Assembly: GCA_002189035.1 (NCBI GenBank)
Contig: NEEC01000021.1
Location: 310,001-374,000 of the forward strand
Length of the DNA: 64,000 nt
DNA from: Utricularia gibba
Lineage: Eukaryota > Plantae > Magnoliophyta
Direction of reading: 5' to 3'
Shown here: one piece after another, positions 38,491 to 52,713 of the stretch
Position numbering within the stretch: the stretch's first letter is position 1
Layout: every line of letters begins with the position of its first letter
Position numbers and translations under genes: made by a program
The notes under the pieces: model-generated
Database searches by the model: none
The model's input: the letters and a program-made list of their open reading frames with translations, nothing else
Told to the model about the DNA's origin: nothing

Positions 38491-39828
38491 AGATAAATGT
38501 AATTTTTTATGTTTAAAGGGTGTTTATGTTAATCTTATGTTATTATGTTAAAAAGTGGACTAAATCCTTTGATTTAGTCCATAATTTTTATTACTAATAT
38601 TTCAGTAAGTTCAATAGGGAGATCGGCAGGAAATCAAACTTGCAAACGTGTGGGACAAGAAAAAAAAGGGCGCAAAATCCAGAGAAAGACAAAGAGCAAT
38701 GTTTTGCCGCCATATGCAGTCTGCAAGTTCCGGCCGTAAACAATGTTGGCGGTCAAGAACAGTGCAATGGAGTGAAGAAAAGGGAAAATTTATTTCGAAA
38801 AGAATGGGGGGTTCAAAAAAAGGAAGTTTTGGAAGGGAACGCAGGGGGGTCTTCTTCCCCTGTGCAAAAAACATCAACCAGAAAGGGGAAGAGAGGCCTG
38901 CATCATCAAGAATAGCACCGGAGCCCAGTCTAGCGCTATTGCTCTAGGCTGTGAGCAGTAGCTAGCGGGTGGAAGAACAATTTTGATTTACTTTCTCTTT
39001 TCTAAACATTTCAAGTTTCTGCATTTGACTTGTTTACAATGTTTCTGCCATTTTGGGCAACTTATATGAATGAAGTTGTGTTTTATTTCCCAAGCATGAG
39101 CATGAGTGGTTAGAGTTTTAGGGATGCTTTAAGGTGAAGTGGGTGGTGTGTACTTAGGGTTGATAATGAAATTTATGTGTGTTCCTTAACTCATGTTTCT
39201 AACAAACCATGGGTAGACCTAAGGAGGGAAATAAGTAGTTTCACAACTTAGATGCTTGGTTTAGAGGTAGACCAACAAACTAAGACGGGTGCAGTCGATG
39301 TTAGTCTAGGGTAGAACTAGTAAAATCGAGTAGACCTAATTCTATATGTTTTGCATGCAGGTAGACCTAATTGTAAGGTTGGTGATAACATTGAGGACTA
39401 ACTTAACCGAAAATATGACAAATGACCTAGGTAAACTTGGGTTAACTGAAATTGTGAGTGTAGAAAGATGATAAATTAAGTTAGGACCCTTAGTATAACA
39501 CCACCTCCAAATCCTTAAAGCGTCTTCATATTAATTTGAATCAAAACCAGTACCTGCTACCTTAGCATCAAGATCTAATATTGCTTACCTACCTTGTTTA
39601 CTGAACTTGTTTACCACTGTTAGTCCGAGCTTAGACGAAGACCTACTGTTATCCGAAATTATGCATGTACTAAAACATTTAGCAAGCACAAGCTCTTCGT
39701 GATCAACCCCGATATCCACTATACAAGTTTTCTAAATTTGTATTTTGTGTAGATTAGGGATTATAAATTTATTCGATACAGATTTTCTATTTTTATTTGC
39801 AACAATATTAGGAAAAACCCGTTTATCA
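38491..39828 (+). mobile_element. LTR (family C), copy 2, solo or truncated
   Basis: Aligns with 4085-4455 plus 5644-6189 and ends GTTTATCA like the copy at 6189. No PBS follows and no TSD found. Start approximate. Confidence 0.75.
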
Positions 39829-39849
39829 CATGGTTTAATTTTAGGAGAT

Positions 39850-42720
39850 AGAAGTAATGTAGAGCAATGAGGTGAGGTCCCCTATTGAGAGTCACATGTC
39901 ACAAACGTATGAGAGCAGGAATTAGCCAAAATGCGCCGAAAACTTTGCTACTAGGGGAGATTTAGAGAAGCTAGGAGGAGGAGAGAGAGAATGCATTTCT
40001 TGTGCCTCAAAAAGGGAAGGGTGCCTACCTTTGGGTGAGGGAGCCTGAATGAAGCTGATACGTGGTTGATGAAGTTGGAGCAGAATGTGCGCACAACACA
40101 CAAAAAGGAGCAAATGAAAGGATCAATGTGGACTTCCTGGTAGGTGATGCAGCATGCTTGTGGAGGAGCTAGTAGGTGAGGTGTCCACGGGGGTGGATGC
40201 AGATTGGTCGGTTTTCAAGGAGCACTTCCTCGATAGGTCCTACCTAGCTATGGTGCTAACACAGAAGGTGGCGGAGTTAGTGACTATTTGGTAGAGGAAT
40301 GCAGAAACTATCTACAACTTCTATGCAGATTTCCAAGGGCTATTGAGGTTTGCCCTAGGGCTGATGGATAGTAAGCATTTGGTGATGCATAAGTTTCAAA
40401 GGCACTCTTACCTCGGCTGAGTGAGCAACTCATTTCCATAGCAATGCAGAGCATAGAGGAGTTACTCCGGGTGGCACTATTTGTAGAGTCTGAACTAGAA
40501 ACGATCGACAAGGTGCGAGGGAAGAGGGATGTGACATGCAAGCGAGAGATTGAGACTAATGCTATGGATCTGAAGTCTAGAGGAGGGGCACTCCCTCGGG
40601 GATGTGCCTTGTATAGACAGTAGCACAACAATGAGTGCCCTTATGTTGGGATTGGCTTCAGCTGTAATCAAAGGGGAGATATCGCCCAAAATTGCTCAAG
40701 AATGAAGGTGAGAGTGGCAAAGAACATAGCAGGATGAGGCGAAGGATAAGTGTATCATTTGGACCGCGTAGAGGCTAAAAAGGATGAGAACGCTATCATA
40801 CTTACGCTCCTACTCTTGGATACTCAATGTGTAGTTTGGTTTGACTACTGAGCCATGCACTCTTTTATCATGAGAGAATGTGTGCAACAGGTGGGAATCA
40901 AAAGGTTGAAAAGTGGCCCTGTTATTTGTGGCGAGAATATTGGGGGTAAGATACTCTACGGATGGTAGAAGCACATCGAGGTGCCAATGAGCCTAAGGAT
41001 AATGGAGACAAAAGGAAATTTGATTGAGTTAGATATTATAAAGATTGGCATCATACTAGGGTTGGATGGGCTCCGATGACATCGAGCATGAATTGGATGT
41101 GTTGAATAACTAATTGAGTTATAGGATAGGCAGCGGCAGAAGTGCGAGTGCAACCCAACAGAAGGGAATCATCCCAAGGGGTGGTCGGTGAAGTAAAAGG
41201 GGAATTAGATAAGGAACCGATGGATGAAATCAAGGAGTTTATCTAAGAATTCTAGAATGTATTTCCCGCTGAGTTACTGGGACAAATGCTTCATAGAGAT
41301 GCATTTCTCAAGGCCCATATCGCATGGCACCTATTGAGATGCAAGAGCTGAAGACACAATTAAAGGATTTAATGGAGAAATGATTCATTCAACTAAGCAC
41401 ATCGCCTTGGGGAGTGCTAGTGCTTTATGTGAGGAAAAAGGAAGTGTCCCTGAGGGTGTGCGTAGACTATTGAGAACTAAAAAATGTGGCGGTCAGGAAT
41501 TGATACCCCCTACCATGGATCAATGATATGTTTGATCCATTAAGAACAAGATACAGAGTTTGTTGTCCCACCGTTCAGCCTCATGAATGCACCTGTAGCA
41601 TTCATGGATTTAATGAATCGAGTATTTCAGTCTTTCCTTGATGACTTTATAGATGATATATTGATCTATTTGTCAAACTGGGAGAGCTATTAGAAACACA
41701 TGCGTACAGTTCTAACAAGGTTCATGAGGAATAGCTTGTATGCATAGGCAACTAAGTGTGAGTTCTTTTTGAAGATTATTTGTGGATAAGGAGTGATGGT
41801 AGACCCAAAGAAGGTGGATGCCGTCAAGGCATGAGCAACACCCAGGAATGTGGGTGAGGTAAGGAGGTTCCTAGGAATGGCAGGATACTATTATAGATAT
41901 ATTAAGTCATTTTTTTGAAGAAGAACCAGACATTTGAGTGGGAGGATGAATGCCATAGCAGTTTTGATCAATTAACATGTGCTTTGATGCAAGCACCGAT
42001 CTGGGCACTACCCCATGCCAAGAAGGACTAGATGCTAGTAGAAAAGAGTTAGGGGCCATGTTGATGCGTCGAGGTAGTTGAAAGATCATGAGAGGAACTA
42101 TCCGGTCCACAAGCTGGAAATGACAATAGTGATCTTCGAAAATATCGAAGTGGAGGTGGGAACAAATAGCAATGGATTTCGTGACAGACTTGCCGAAGAC
42201 AAGGTCCAGACACAATGTGGTTTGGGTAGTGTTAGACTGACGAAGAGTGTTCATTTCATCCCAATCCTCTCGAAATGGAGTATTGTTAGACTAGCCTGAG
42301 TGTATGTCCTAGAAGTAGTGAGACTACATAGAGTACCAGTGAGCATAGTGTAAGATAAAAACGTGAGATTTAAGTCTCGACTATGGCAGGCACTACAGAA
42401 GGCAATTGGGAGTAATTGACCATGAACACCGCAATGCACTCTTAGGTGGACGACCAGTTGGAATGTAGATCCAGAACTTGGAGGACCTATTACGAGTGAG
42501 CACCTTGGAGTTTCCCCGAGCAAGTTTGAGGATGTCGTCGTATAAAGCGCTATATGAACGGAAATGCATGACCCAATTGCATTTGGACAAGGTAGGTGAG
42601 CAAGCGTTGACCGGATACGGGCTAATCATGGATATGAAAAATAAGATGAAGGTTATCCGAGAGAGTTTGAAAGTGGCACAAGATCGTCAAAAGAGTGGGG
42701 CAAACCAAGGATAGAGATGC
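39850..42720 (+). mobile_element. Degenerate Ty3/Gypsy (Del/Tekay-like) gag-pol relic
   Basis: Zinc-knuckle remnant (~40640-40700), protease FDY*AMHSF (~40840) and IILGLDGL, RT ..STSPWGVLVLYVRKK..VCVDY..YPLP and [22 protein letters not shown], RNase H HERNYPVHKLE, integrase LTKSVHFIP and KVIRESLKVAQDRQKS. Domain order PR-RT-RH-IN, with deletions. Confidence 0.9.
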
Positions 42721-42729
42721 TTATAGTAC

Positions 42730-43858
42730 TGATAACACCATTTTTATTGTGTTTTTATATGTACTTTTAGATATGTTTTATAGGGATAAATGTTGCTTAG
42801 TGTACTAAATTGTCTTCTTTTGTTTATTTAATTTGTTAAAATGTTTTTATTGTCAAAACAGGCTCAATTGGCAACAATTGAGTTGAAAACACTAATCTTT
42901 TCCTCTAGTTTGTGTTTAAGTCTTAATAGGGCTAGCTAGTATTGTAAAAGTGCATTTTCCATGTTGACAAGTCAAAAGGGACAGAAAAGCTGTGCAAAAC
43001 TCACTTTCTACAAAAAGGGGACGTAATTATGAAAAGATAAGATTTGGAGCGGAGATCTTTCTTCTAGAATCCTGAGGAAAAGATGAAGTTACCCTTACTT
43101 TTGAGCTGAAAAAGGAAAAGGAAGAGAGAGACAAGGGAGCGAACAATGAAGGAGGGGAGAGCGCATAGTAGGAGGAGTGGGAGCAAGGAGAATTGTGTTT
43201 CTTCGGTGAACGTCTTCGGTGACCTTCAGATCTATATTTCTACACCAGCTTTCCACAGAGAAATTTGATTTCCACCAAATCTATAGCACACAGATGCAGC
43301 CTGACACTTTTATTTGCATATTTATGCACTTCCCTTCTACATGAACTTGCTATTGTTACTGTCTTCGTTTTTACGCTTTCTTTTACATTTCTGGTACTTA
43401 GTTGTGAACAAAAAACCCTCTGTAAACCTTAACTCAGCTTATGAACATGTTCCTGCTTTACCTTTTTCATATTTAATTCTAAGTTTAACATGTTTTTTAC
43501 TGTTCCTATGAACTCTTGCTCTGTTTTAGCGTGTTTTAAAGCTAGGTTTAAGTCTATGGGCTCTCTTGAGTGACACAAGAGCCAAATCTTGAAGTAAAAC
43601 CCAGGCAAATCACTTTTATTTTATGTTTTCTATACATTCAAGTTAATTTCAATCTCTTTTCATCCCTGCAACTCGCTTATTTCAACTGTTACTATTTTAT
43701 GTCTTACATGCATTAGAGCAAAACTTCCAGAAAAACTCCTCTATTTTGAGTAAATGTGATAAAATTCAGGAAATTGCAACCATTCCTTGTGGATTCGACC
43801 CTTGCTTGCCACATTACATTAATTTCTGTGATTTGTGTAGTAGAATGGCTAGGTTTAT
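42730..43858 (+). mobile_element. LTR (family B), copy 2, 3' truncated
   Basis: Starts TGATAACACC and aligns with 9512-10575. Similarity ends after GCTAGGTTTAT. Confidence 0.75.
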
Positions 43859-46800
43859 GCTCACTCAAATTGTTTGCTTCCGTCGTGCATAGACATCGAT
43901 ATTCCACTGGAATTCGCAAATCTTCTAGGTATTCATTCGTTCTTTTCTTTTATAGGAAATTTTTTGGGGGTTTGTGAAGTTTTCATAGATTTTGATATGA
44001 TTTCATGATTTGCATATGTTGTTAGGGTTTCTTCTCCCTTTTCGCATCTTCACAATTCCAATACCGAACGGATCAAAAGTCTAGTGAATCGGATACCTCT
44101 TTTGTCCGATCTCGATACTCGATTCATGATGAGTACATCCTTACTCAGGCCAAAATAATGCCAAGATTCCTTGGGGGGTCGGTGACAAACCTCTTCCCTC
44201 TTTATGTACTTGATGGGTATGTCGGCCGCACTTATGGTCTAGCAGGTATATAACTAATGGATGTTCCAAATTCCTACAAGTTGGTTGATTTTTAGGTTCT
44301 GTTGAAACAACTGAGGCATAACATTGTTTGACTCGGGTTCTCATAGGCATGCACTTACGCTATTGGTTGTCAGATTTCATTTCTTTCTCCTAAATCGATT
44401 TCTTCTTGCAAGAGCTGATTTGATGCTCTCTTCTCCGACCGATTTGTGTAGCCTTCCTTCTCCATGTGGCATCTACTGATTTTCAACGTATCAGAGAGAA
44501 AACTATTAAGTCTCATTGATTACAATGCATGTTTATATATGTAACTTATTAACTAAAATTATAGTAATATACTATGAAATCTATATTATGATAATGTACT
44601 ATATATATTGCATACCATATACTTGAGAAAACATTATAGTAATATATTGTTTATACTACTTATAAACATGGTAAACCATATTTATGGTAATGCATATGAT
44701 AAGAAAAATCCGATAGCGTCACCACTCTTCTACAAAGATTTTGTTCTTAATATTTTAATGTATTTTGAGTAGATGATATGTGTTCTTTGGCATTTTGGTA
44801 TTTTGTTTTATCGCACTTTATCTAATGAATGATAACATCAACAAAAGTGTAGTTTTATTAATTGTGACTGAAAATTGCAATTTAACTAAATATTGTGACT
44901 CGTATTTTCTTATTTCTAAAACAATGTAGTCAAACTATATGATTTAAGGATATTATAGTGACTTCTCATCTAGTTACTAATTCAATCATATGATCAAATT
45001 TTATAATCAGTGAAATTATTGTGACTTAATATAATTCATTTTATACATTGTGATTCATGTTTGAAAACAAGACAATATTATGTTTATTTTTTAAATTAAC
45101 TCTATAAAATATTATAATTTTTTTAATATTTGTATAATATCACAATTTAGGATTTGTCATTCATAGGATACCATAAATTAATTGGGTTTTAAGTATCAAA
45201 CCATTCTATTTATTAATTTAAAATTTATATGTTAACAAAATAAAAAAATTGTATTTCATTTTTTTAAATAACTAACAAATGCTACTTATATTAATTACAC
45301 AATATCCATCCTTTTGAATGCTGCTTACGTTAGCATAATATCTATGCCTTTGAACTGTGATTACTTAGTAAGTAGAACTCATACTTTTAAATGTTGTTTC
45401 CTTAGTTAGCATGGTTTATTATTTACAAATAAAATAATAAAATAAATGCAACAAATATTAAAACATAAATAAATAAATAAATAATTTTTTATGTTTATAA
45501 TAAACTAACTGCATCCAAATTCATAAAAAAAAATTTAATAAATGAAAATAAAATTAAATACTAAATTTGAATATTCTACAAAATAAAATGCATAACATAT
45601 GGTATTTTACTTATTTACCCCTTAATATCCCGCATTTTCTCACCGGGCGCCCGTCGAGGGAGATAAAAATATATCAAATTGTTAAATATAAAAATATTGG
45701 GGATCAATGTTATTGTATTTACATAGTAGATACCAATTTTGATACTGTTGTAAAACATTGGGGATAGCATTAAAACAATAAGATTTTTTCTGTAATTTTT
45801 TGTAAATACTGATCATAAAGAGAACAATAATTTCGATTTCAAATCATTTTGTTTCCTATTGTAGCAACATCCATTTTATGATTACCATGTGTGTCCGTAC
45901 AGGTAAGACAATTCATTAATGAATCAATTAAATCTCTAATTACTAGAATTTTTACCTGATTTGGTTAGACATTCCAATTTAATGACATTTTGTTAGCTTC
46001 TAATTTTTTCATTTTTAATATTGTGTAACTATTTTTGGGTAAATATCAGAAAGTACCAAATTTATTTCTATGAATTATTAATTTATTATGTCATATGTAT
46101 TTATGATGTTTATTCTTATATAAGTTTTTTATTCTATTTCAAATAAAAAGTATTGATAAACAAAAAATTTACAATGTCGTTAAAATTAAGAATTCTTCTA
46201 TTAAATAAATTTATAAATCTAATTTATATTCAATAAAAAATATAAATACAGTGAATTAGTATCGAACACAACAAACTATATGCTTGTTTTATAAAATTTG
46301 ATATATGTTGTTTTTGTCATAGTTGTAAATTAAGTTTAAGCTAAGATTAAAGAAGATTTATGGTAAAATATAATAGAGAAACAAAAAAATAAATTCGACG
46401 ACGAATTAGAATAAAATAATGTACTAACTTGAAGGTTCAAGAAGTGATATAATCATTGCTACACTTAACCCATTCAACTTAATAATCATTTATCCAATAA
46501 ATGAAGAATTTAAGTCTATGTAAATCTTTTTTTTTTCTTAATCTTTTGTCTACTTTTATTTATTGAATGTAGGATTTTTGTCTACATTTGGGGTCTTGAA
46601 CAATGCAAATTAACAATATTTACACATATAGATATTGTTAATTTGCATTGTTGACATATGTTGCATTGCTTAAGAAAAAGATTAAAATTAAAATTGGAAT
46701 TAAATTTAGATTTAATTTCAATTACGAATACAAGACACAAATAATGCTACTAATCATAAAAGTACAGAAATATACAATAAAATTCAAATTTTGTAATAGA

Positions 46801-47149
46801 ATACTAATTATTTCTGTATCCTGAAGCAATCAAAATGATGTATTATCTATTATTCACATATCAATAACTAATTTATGAAAAATAGTAGTAATAATAGTGA
46901 AGACAACGTGAATGGCTAAGAGAGTGAAAAGAAATAATTAGAAATGGATTATAAAATTACTGATAAGTAAGATTAATTCAATAATATGTTTAAAAAAATT
47001 ATATTTTATTACACATATAAATCTACAACTTTTACATTCAATATTAGACATTATGAAAAACATATGATATAATTTAATAATTAAATGAATAAATATATTA
47101 CATTTTTTTTAATTGAAAGAATGAAAACCCGAATAAATTGAAGAGAATC

Positions 47150-50100
47150 ATATTTGGGGCTGGTAATGGTGCCAGGGGCGGCTGAATTTGGGTTTAGGCA
47201 CCTGACACCTCTTTCTCTTTATCACAGAGCAATACTTCGGAAAGTATTTGGTGCAGGGCACCTGTTTTCATTTATATTTTTTTAATGTGTTTTAAAACAA
47301 ATAATTATTAACATTTTACATAATCAATATAAGTCTTATTTGTAAGGATTTATTACTATAACGTTTTTTAAGTAATTTATATATAAATTTAATGTCAAAG
47401 TTTTTAAATAACAATAAAAAAATGTAATAATTGAATAGCAACTTAGTTATTAAATAATAAATAGTAAAAAATAAGACTTAGTTACAAACCGTTTGGACAA
47501 ATCAAATAAACCATTTTTTATTACAATTAATAATGAAGTTTTTATATATTTAATGATTTTAGTGAAATAAAACAAATTTGATGGCAAAAATGAAAACGAT
47601 TCCCATGTTTAACGATTTGTATACATTTTTACAAAAAATAAACATAAACTTTCAATAAAAATATTCTTTACTTTGCTTGATATCATGAAAATACATTTCT
47701 TCTTTTCAAAGTTATTCTATATTTTGTCTATAAAATCCTTGCAGCCGTTCATTGATAAATCATTCATTATTTTAGTTGCTCAATTAATGGCTCAAATTAC
47801 TTTTAAGTTGTTCTTTGGAGGTTCTTTTATCAATAATCTTCATACCGGGTACATGCATTATGATCGAAATCCGGTAAGCATTATTATTGTTCAGCCTAAT
47901 CTATCATATGAAGAATTGCTCAGGAGTATTTGTAGAGAATTGAATATAAATTAGGATTTATATTCAATTCGGATCATCACCAAATTCTTCGACGTAAATA
48001 CAAGTGATATTAGTTATGTTCCACTTACAAATACGGATTTGTTGCGCTGGATATTGATGTCACGTAACAGGGATTTGAGTATTGAACTTTATATTGATAC
48101 ATAAAGTTCGGGTTTTCCTTCTTCCTCTAATTGGCATGGTAATTATTTAATTATTTCAAATTTATTTTTTTACATATAATTTGTCAACATTTACAATTTC
48201 ACAATTTCAGGTGATGAATATAATTTGAATACTCCATATTTTGAGAATCAAAACACAAATAGAGATATCAACTATAATGACAACTTTGATCCATTTGATC
48301 CTAATTTTGGTTTTTCAACGGCTTATCAACAACCAACACAAGAAAATGGTTAGATTTGCATTTTTATAAGGTTAAAATATTTTTTCAGTATTTAATAAAT
48401 ATTCCATGTTTTTTTTATCAGCTTTTGAACATTATGATGAGGTTAACACTAATGAAGATGGCTTGACATATATACCAACTGATCATGATGACTCAAATGA
48501 AATGCATGCAGATAGTACTTCTGATATGGTAACAGATGTTGAAGAAGAGATTCCTGAATATGAATCACAAGAAGATGAACCATCCTCACAATCAGAAATG
48601 TGGCAAGATGCATCTATGCAAAGTGACTATTCAATGAATTACTATAATGAAGATTCAAAAGAGCTATCAATTGGCATGCATTTTAAAGACAAGCAAGCTT
48701 TGAAGGATGCTGTAAAATTATACAATATCAATGTCAAAAGGGAGTACATATTACGAAGAGGAAATAATTCACTTTATGCTATTAAATGTTTGCAACCAAA
48801 TTGTTCTTGGTCTTTGAATGTAGGGCCACAAAAACAAACAGGCACATGGAAGATTTCTTCATACAATGGGCCTCATACATGTGAGCTAAGAAACTCTTTG
48901 GCTAAAAAGCATGTTAACTTGACATCTGACTTCATTGCTTCTGGAATTATCCATCTTATATTGGATACAAATGCGAAGATAACAGTTAGAGCAATTCAAG
49001 CTTATATCAAAAGGGAGTATAAGTTTACAATTTCTTATTGGCAAGCATGGATGACTTTGACTAAGGCATATGAGTTACAATATGGTTCATGGGATGATTC
49101 ATGTGCTGACTTACCAAATTATCTTGAAGAGGTGAAACGGCAAAATCTGGTTACTATTGTGAATTTTGAGAATAATATAAATGCTGAAGGGAGACAACTC
49201 CTAAAATATGTTTTCTGGGCTTTTGGATTTGCTATAGAAGCTTTTAAATATTGCAGACCAGTGCTTTGTGTTGATGCAATACATCTCTACGGTGGTTATA
49301 AGTATGTATTATTGGCTGCAGTAGCTATTGATGCAAATAAGCATATATTGCCTGTGGCATATGGGTTTGTGCCTTCAGAATCAGGTTCATCTTGGAAATG
49401 GTTCTTAGATAATCTTGATATTCTTGTTGTTCGTGAACATCAAGTATCTTAGATAATCGAGGCTCAGGTTTAGTAGCTGCTTATGGGAAAATTCCGAAGT
49501 TTAGTCCTCCTCTTGGGAATCATAAATGGTGTCTTTATCATTTAAGGAGTAATTGCTTGAAATACAACAAAAAGAAGTCTACATCACGGATTAAGGATCT
49601 CATATGGTCTGCTGCTGTCACACGAACAGAAAAAGAATTCTTAGAAAGAATGCAAGCGGTTTATGATTCATGTCCCGGAGCATATAAATATATGATGGAT
49701 ATACCCGTTGAATTGTGGACATTAGTTTACGATAATGGAGACAGGTATGTAATTTTAATATATTTTAAAATTCTAAATTTATTTCTTAACATATTTATGT
49801 TTGTGAATTATGACGACAAATCATGTGGAGGCATTAAATGGTGTGCTCAAAGGAACTCGACGCCTTCCTCCTACTGCTATTGCAAAGGTTTTTTTTTTTA
49901 TTTCAACCATCATTATGAAATTAAATATAAATAACTAAATGATTATACAGGTCACATTTGAGAAACAGCTTTATTATTTTGAGAAAGGCAAAGAGAGAGC
50001 TACTAAATATCGTGCACAAGGAAAATATTTTGCGAAAAAAATTGAACAAGTTTACAAGCATCACGAGGAACAAGTTCAAAACCTTCTTTGCAAAAGATAT

Positions 50101-52410
50101 AATGATCGAAACATGGAGTGCAATGTTATTGAGATGGGAATTCATAATTCTACTACTTTTAGAGTAAACATACGAAATGGAACATATGACTATGGATTTT
50201 GGCAAATAGAATATCTTCCATGCCTTCATGCATAAAGAGTATGTTTTATATTAATCTATATTTTATTTTTTTATATCTAACACAATATTTTATTGTAGGC
50301 TTGTCATGAATTTAATATAAATCCAAGAACAAGGGCAAGTCAGTTTTATCAGACTCGTTTTATGGAGAAAGCTTATGCATCTGAGGTTCACCCTTGTCGA
50401 GATAAGTCATATTGGCCATCTGTCGGTTTTACACTTCATGTTGATCCTGAATATGAAAGTACAAGGATTGGTCGTAAGAAGACATCACGTTATCAGGGTG
50501 CTGTTGATTTTCAATATCGTAAAGGACGTCATTCTATTGGAGTACAAAAACCACGTAAAACAACTACAGAGACTCCTGCTGAACAAGAGCCTGTTCATCA
50601 TGGTTTAGAAGAGCGTTCATCACCTCAACGTCGTGACATGATATTGATGCCATCAAATCTTGAAGAAGGAAATCCAAGTACTTATAGACAATCAAGTTTT
50701 GATGGAGAAAATTCAAATTACTTTGGAGGAGAGCCTAATAATTATGGAGGACGAATTCCCGCGAGACATTCTATTTCACATCCACAAGAGTTCTCTCAAA
50801 CTTCAACTAGAACAAGGTCCAGCAATAAACCTACTTCAAAAGAAGATGTTTCTATATTGGATAGACTTTTCGGTGGATTTCGTAACTTCATAAAATGAAA
50901 CATTTATCATATGTATTTTCATATTGTTGTATAAATTGTAATGTTTTAAATAAATGAAACATTGAAACAATATTAATGTATTATTTGGAATAAATACCAA
51001 ATATTTCATAATAAATTGAGCCATTAACCCCTTCATTAGAATAAAAAAAGGTTGTATTAAAGTTTCGATCAATTAATAACATGGTAATTGCCCCTGCCTG
51101 TACCGGAAGTGATAATTAAAGTGGGAATGCTGTCACTTGAGCGGATCAAACAAATAGGGGTGATCTATGTATAGTCTTTCTAGATCCATACATAGTCGGG
51201 CTGTTTCAAAAAAAAAAAAAAACGATTCAGTGGGTAGGCTACAGAACCATTTCATTGCATGGCCTTTTATTTTCATGTGTTCAATAAGAATTTGCACATA
51301 AAAGCCATAGTTAAGCTCTTAAAGGGACCTTGGGATATGACAACATAAAAGTCACAAAAACAAACTATTCATAGTTTGTTTTTTTTCTTAAAAACTTTTA
51401 TAGAAAAATATAAAACAATTTGAAAAGAAGATATGTATTATTTTTTATCTATCAAGTGTTGAATGTAAATAAATTTTGTATAACATTAATCATGATTTAT
51501 ATATATATATATATATCTAAGTCACATGAATTAAGCAATGTAATCATTTAAAAATAAAATAAATAAAACATATTTAATTTGATTGTTTGAATAACTGTTA
51601 GATTAAAATGAGTATTATTATTTACCCTTTATTTTTGAATAAGGGTTATTCTTTATACTTTATTATTGAGTAAGTATTATTCTTTAATGTTTATTATTTA
51701 ATTGATGTTATTCTTTACCCTTTATTATTAAATAAGTATTATTCTTTACTGTTTATTTAAGTAAACCATTATATTTAATTGAATGAGCATTATTCTTTAC
51801 CGCTTATTGACACCTTTAGATTTATTTTATTTTTTTTAATTTAAAATGATTAAATAAGAATTTTAAATTAAAAATATAAATTTAATTTAATTTTAAAATT
51901 CCTTTGTACTCATGTTAAATTAAAACAAATCAAACTTTTGTTAAACAATATTTTTCATCATTTTTTTATTACTTGAATTAATATTGAATAATAACAATGA
52001 TTCAAAAGAATCTTTTTTTTCTAATTTCTTTTTTCTAATAATAATGATTCAAACTTTTGTACAAATTAGATATATTGTAATTTTTTTTTGAAATTAGATC
52101 TTCAAAACAATTTCTATTAATAATTTTTCCAATTTTTGAAAACTTAGACAACAAATTTATAATAAAATTTATTAAAAATGCTCACAAATAATACCTATTT
52201 TTGTATTTTTAGTTTTATAAAATTTGAATTATTCATAATACTTATAATAAATTATTAAAACTAAATTTCAGTATTAATATAATTTTGAGAAATGAAACAG
52301 GTGCCCTGCACCAAATAATTTCTAAAACAGTGTTGTATTACAAATAAAAAATGATGTAAGTGCTCTAACACAAATTTACTGGCCAGGGGCTGAGGCTCCC
52401 ACACGCCAAA
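47150..52410 (+). mobile_element. MuDR/Mutator-like element with terminal inverted repeats
   Basis: Perfect 23-bp inverted match 47245-47267 / 52295-52317 (TATTTGGTGCAGGGCACCTGTTT), with looser similarity extending about 100 bp outward. Encloses a MuDRA-like transposase. TSD not found, ends approximate. Confidence 0.8.
47787..50898 (+). pseudogene. MuDRA-type transposase pseudogene
   Basis: LSIGMHFKDKQALKDAVKLY..CLQPNCSW..WKISSYNGPHTC (DNA-binding), RPVLCVDAIHLYG..AVAIDANKHILPVAYG..SWKWFL and HKWCLYHLRSN (MULE DDE), decayed SWIM (YDYGFWQIEYLPCLHA). Internal stops and frameshifts. Confidence 0.9.
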
Positions 52411-52713
52411 TGCAGACGAAAACCCTACATTCAGTGTACGACACTCCAGGGGACAGCTCACAGAACGCTCGAAGTGGTCCGAGACCAGTGGCGTTAACGT
52501 AGTATGCTCCTCCGAATTCGGCAGTGTCCTGCATTTCTTCAATTCAAAGCCTTTGAATAAGCAATTCAGAGAGTTGCGGGATCCCAAGTTTGATAAAACG
52601 TAGGGTTCAACCCGGAGCCATTATCGGAGACCTGGAATTAGCGAAGCGCAGGGTGTGCCGATTACTCCAGATAAGGTTGAATATTTTTCCAGAAGAAAAA
52701 AACCCATTTTAAA

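Noticed and set aside
43870-44500. Possible plant mobile domain (PMD) remnant near the MULE
   Set aside because: Only a faint motif resemblance across frameshifts, and it lies outside the TIRs.
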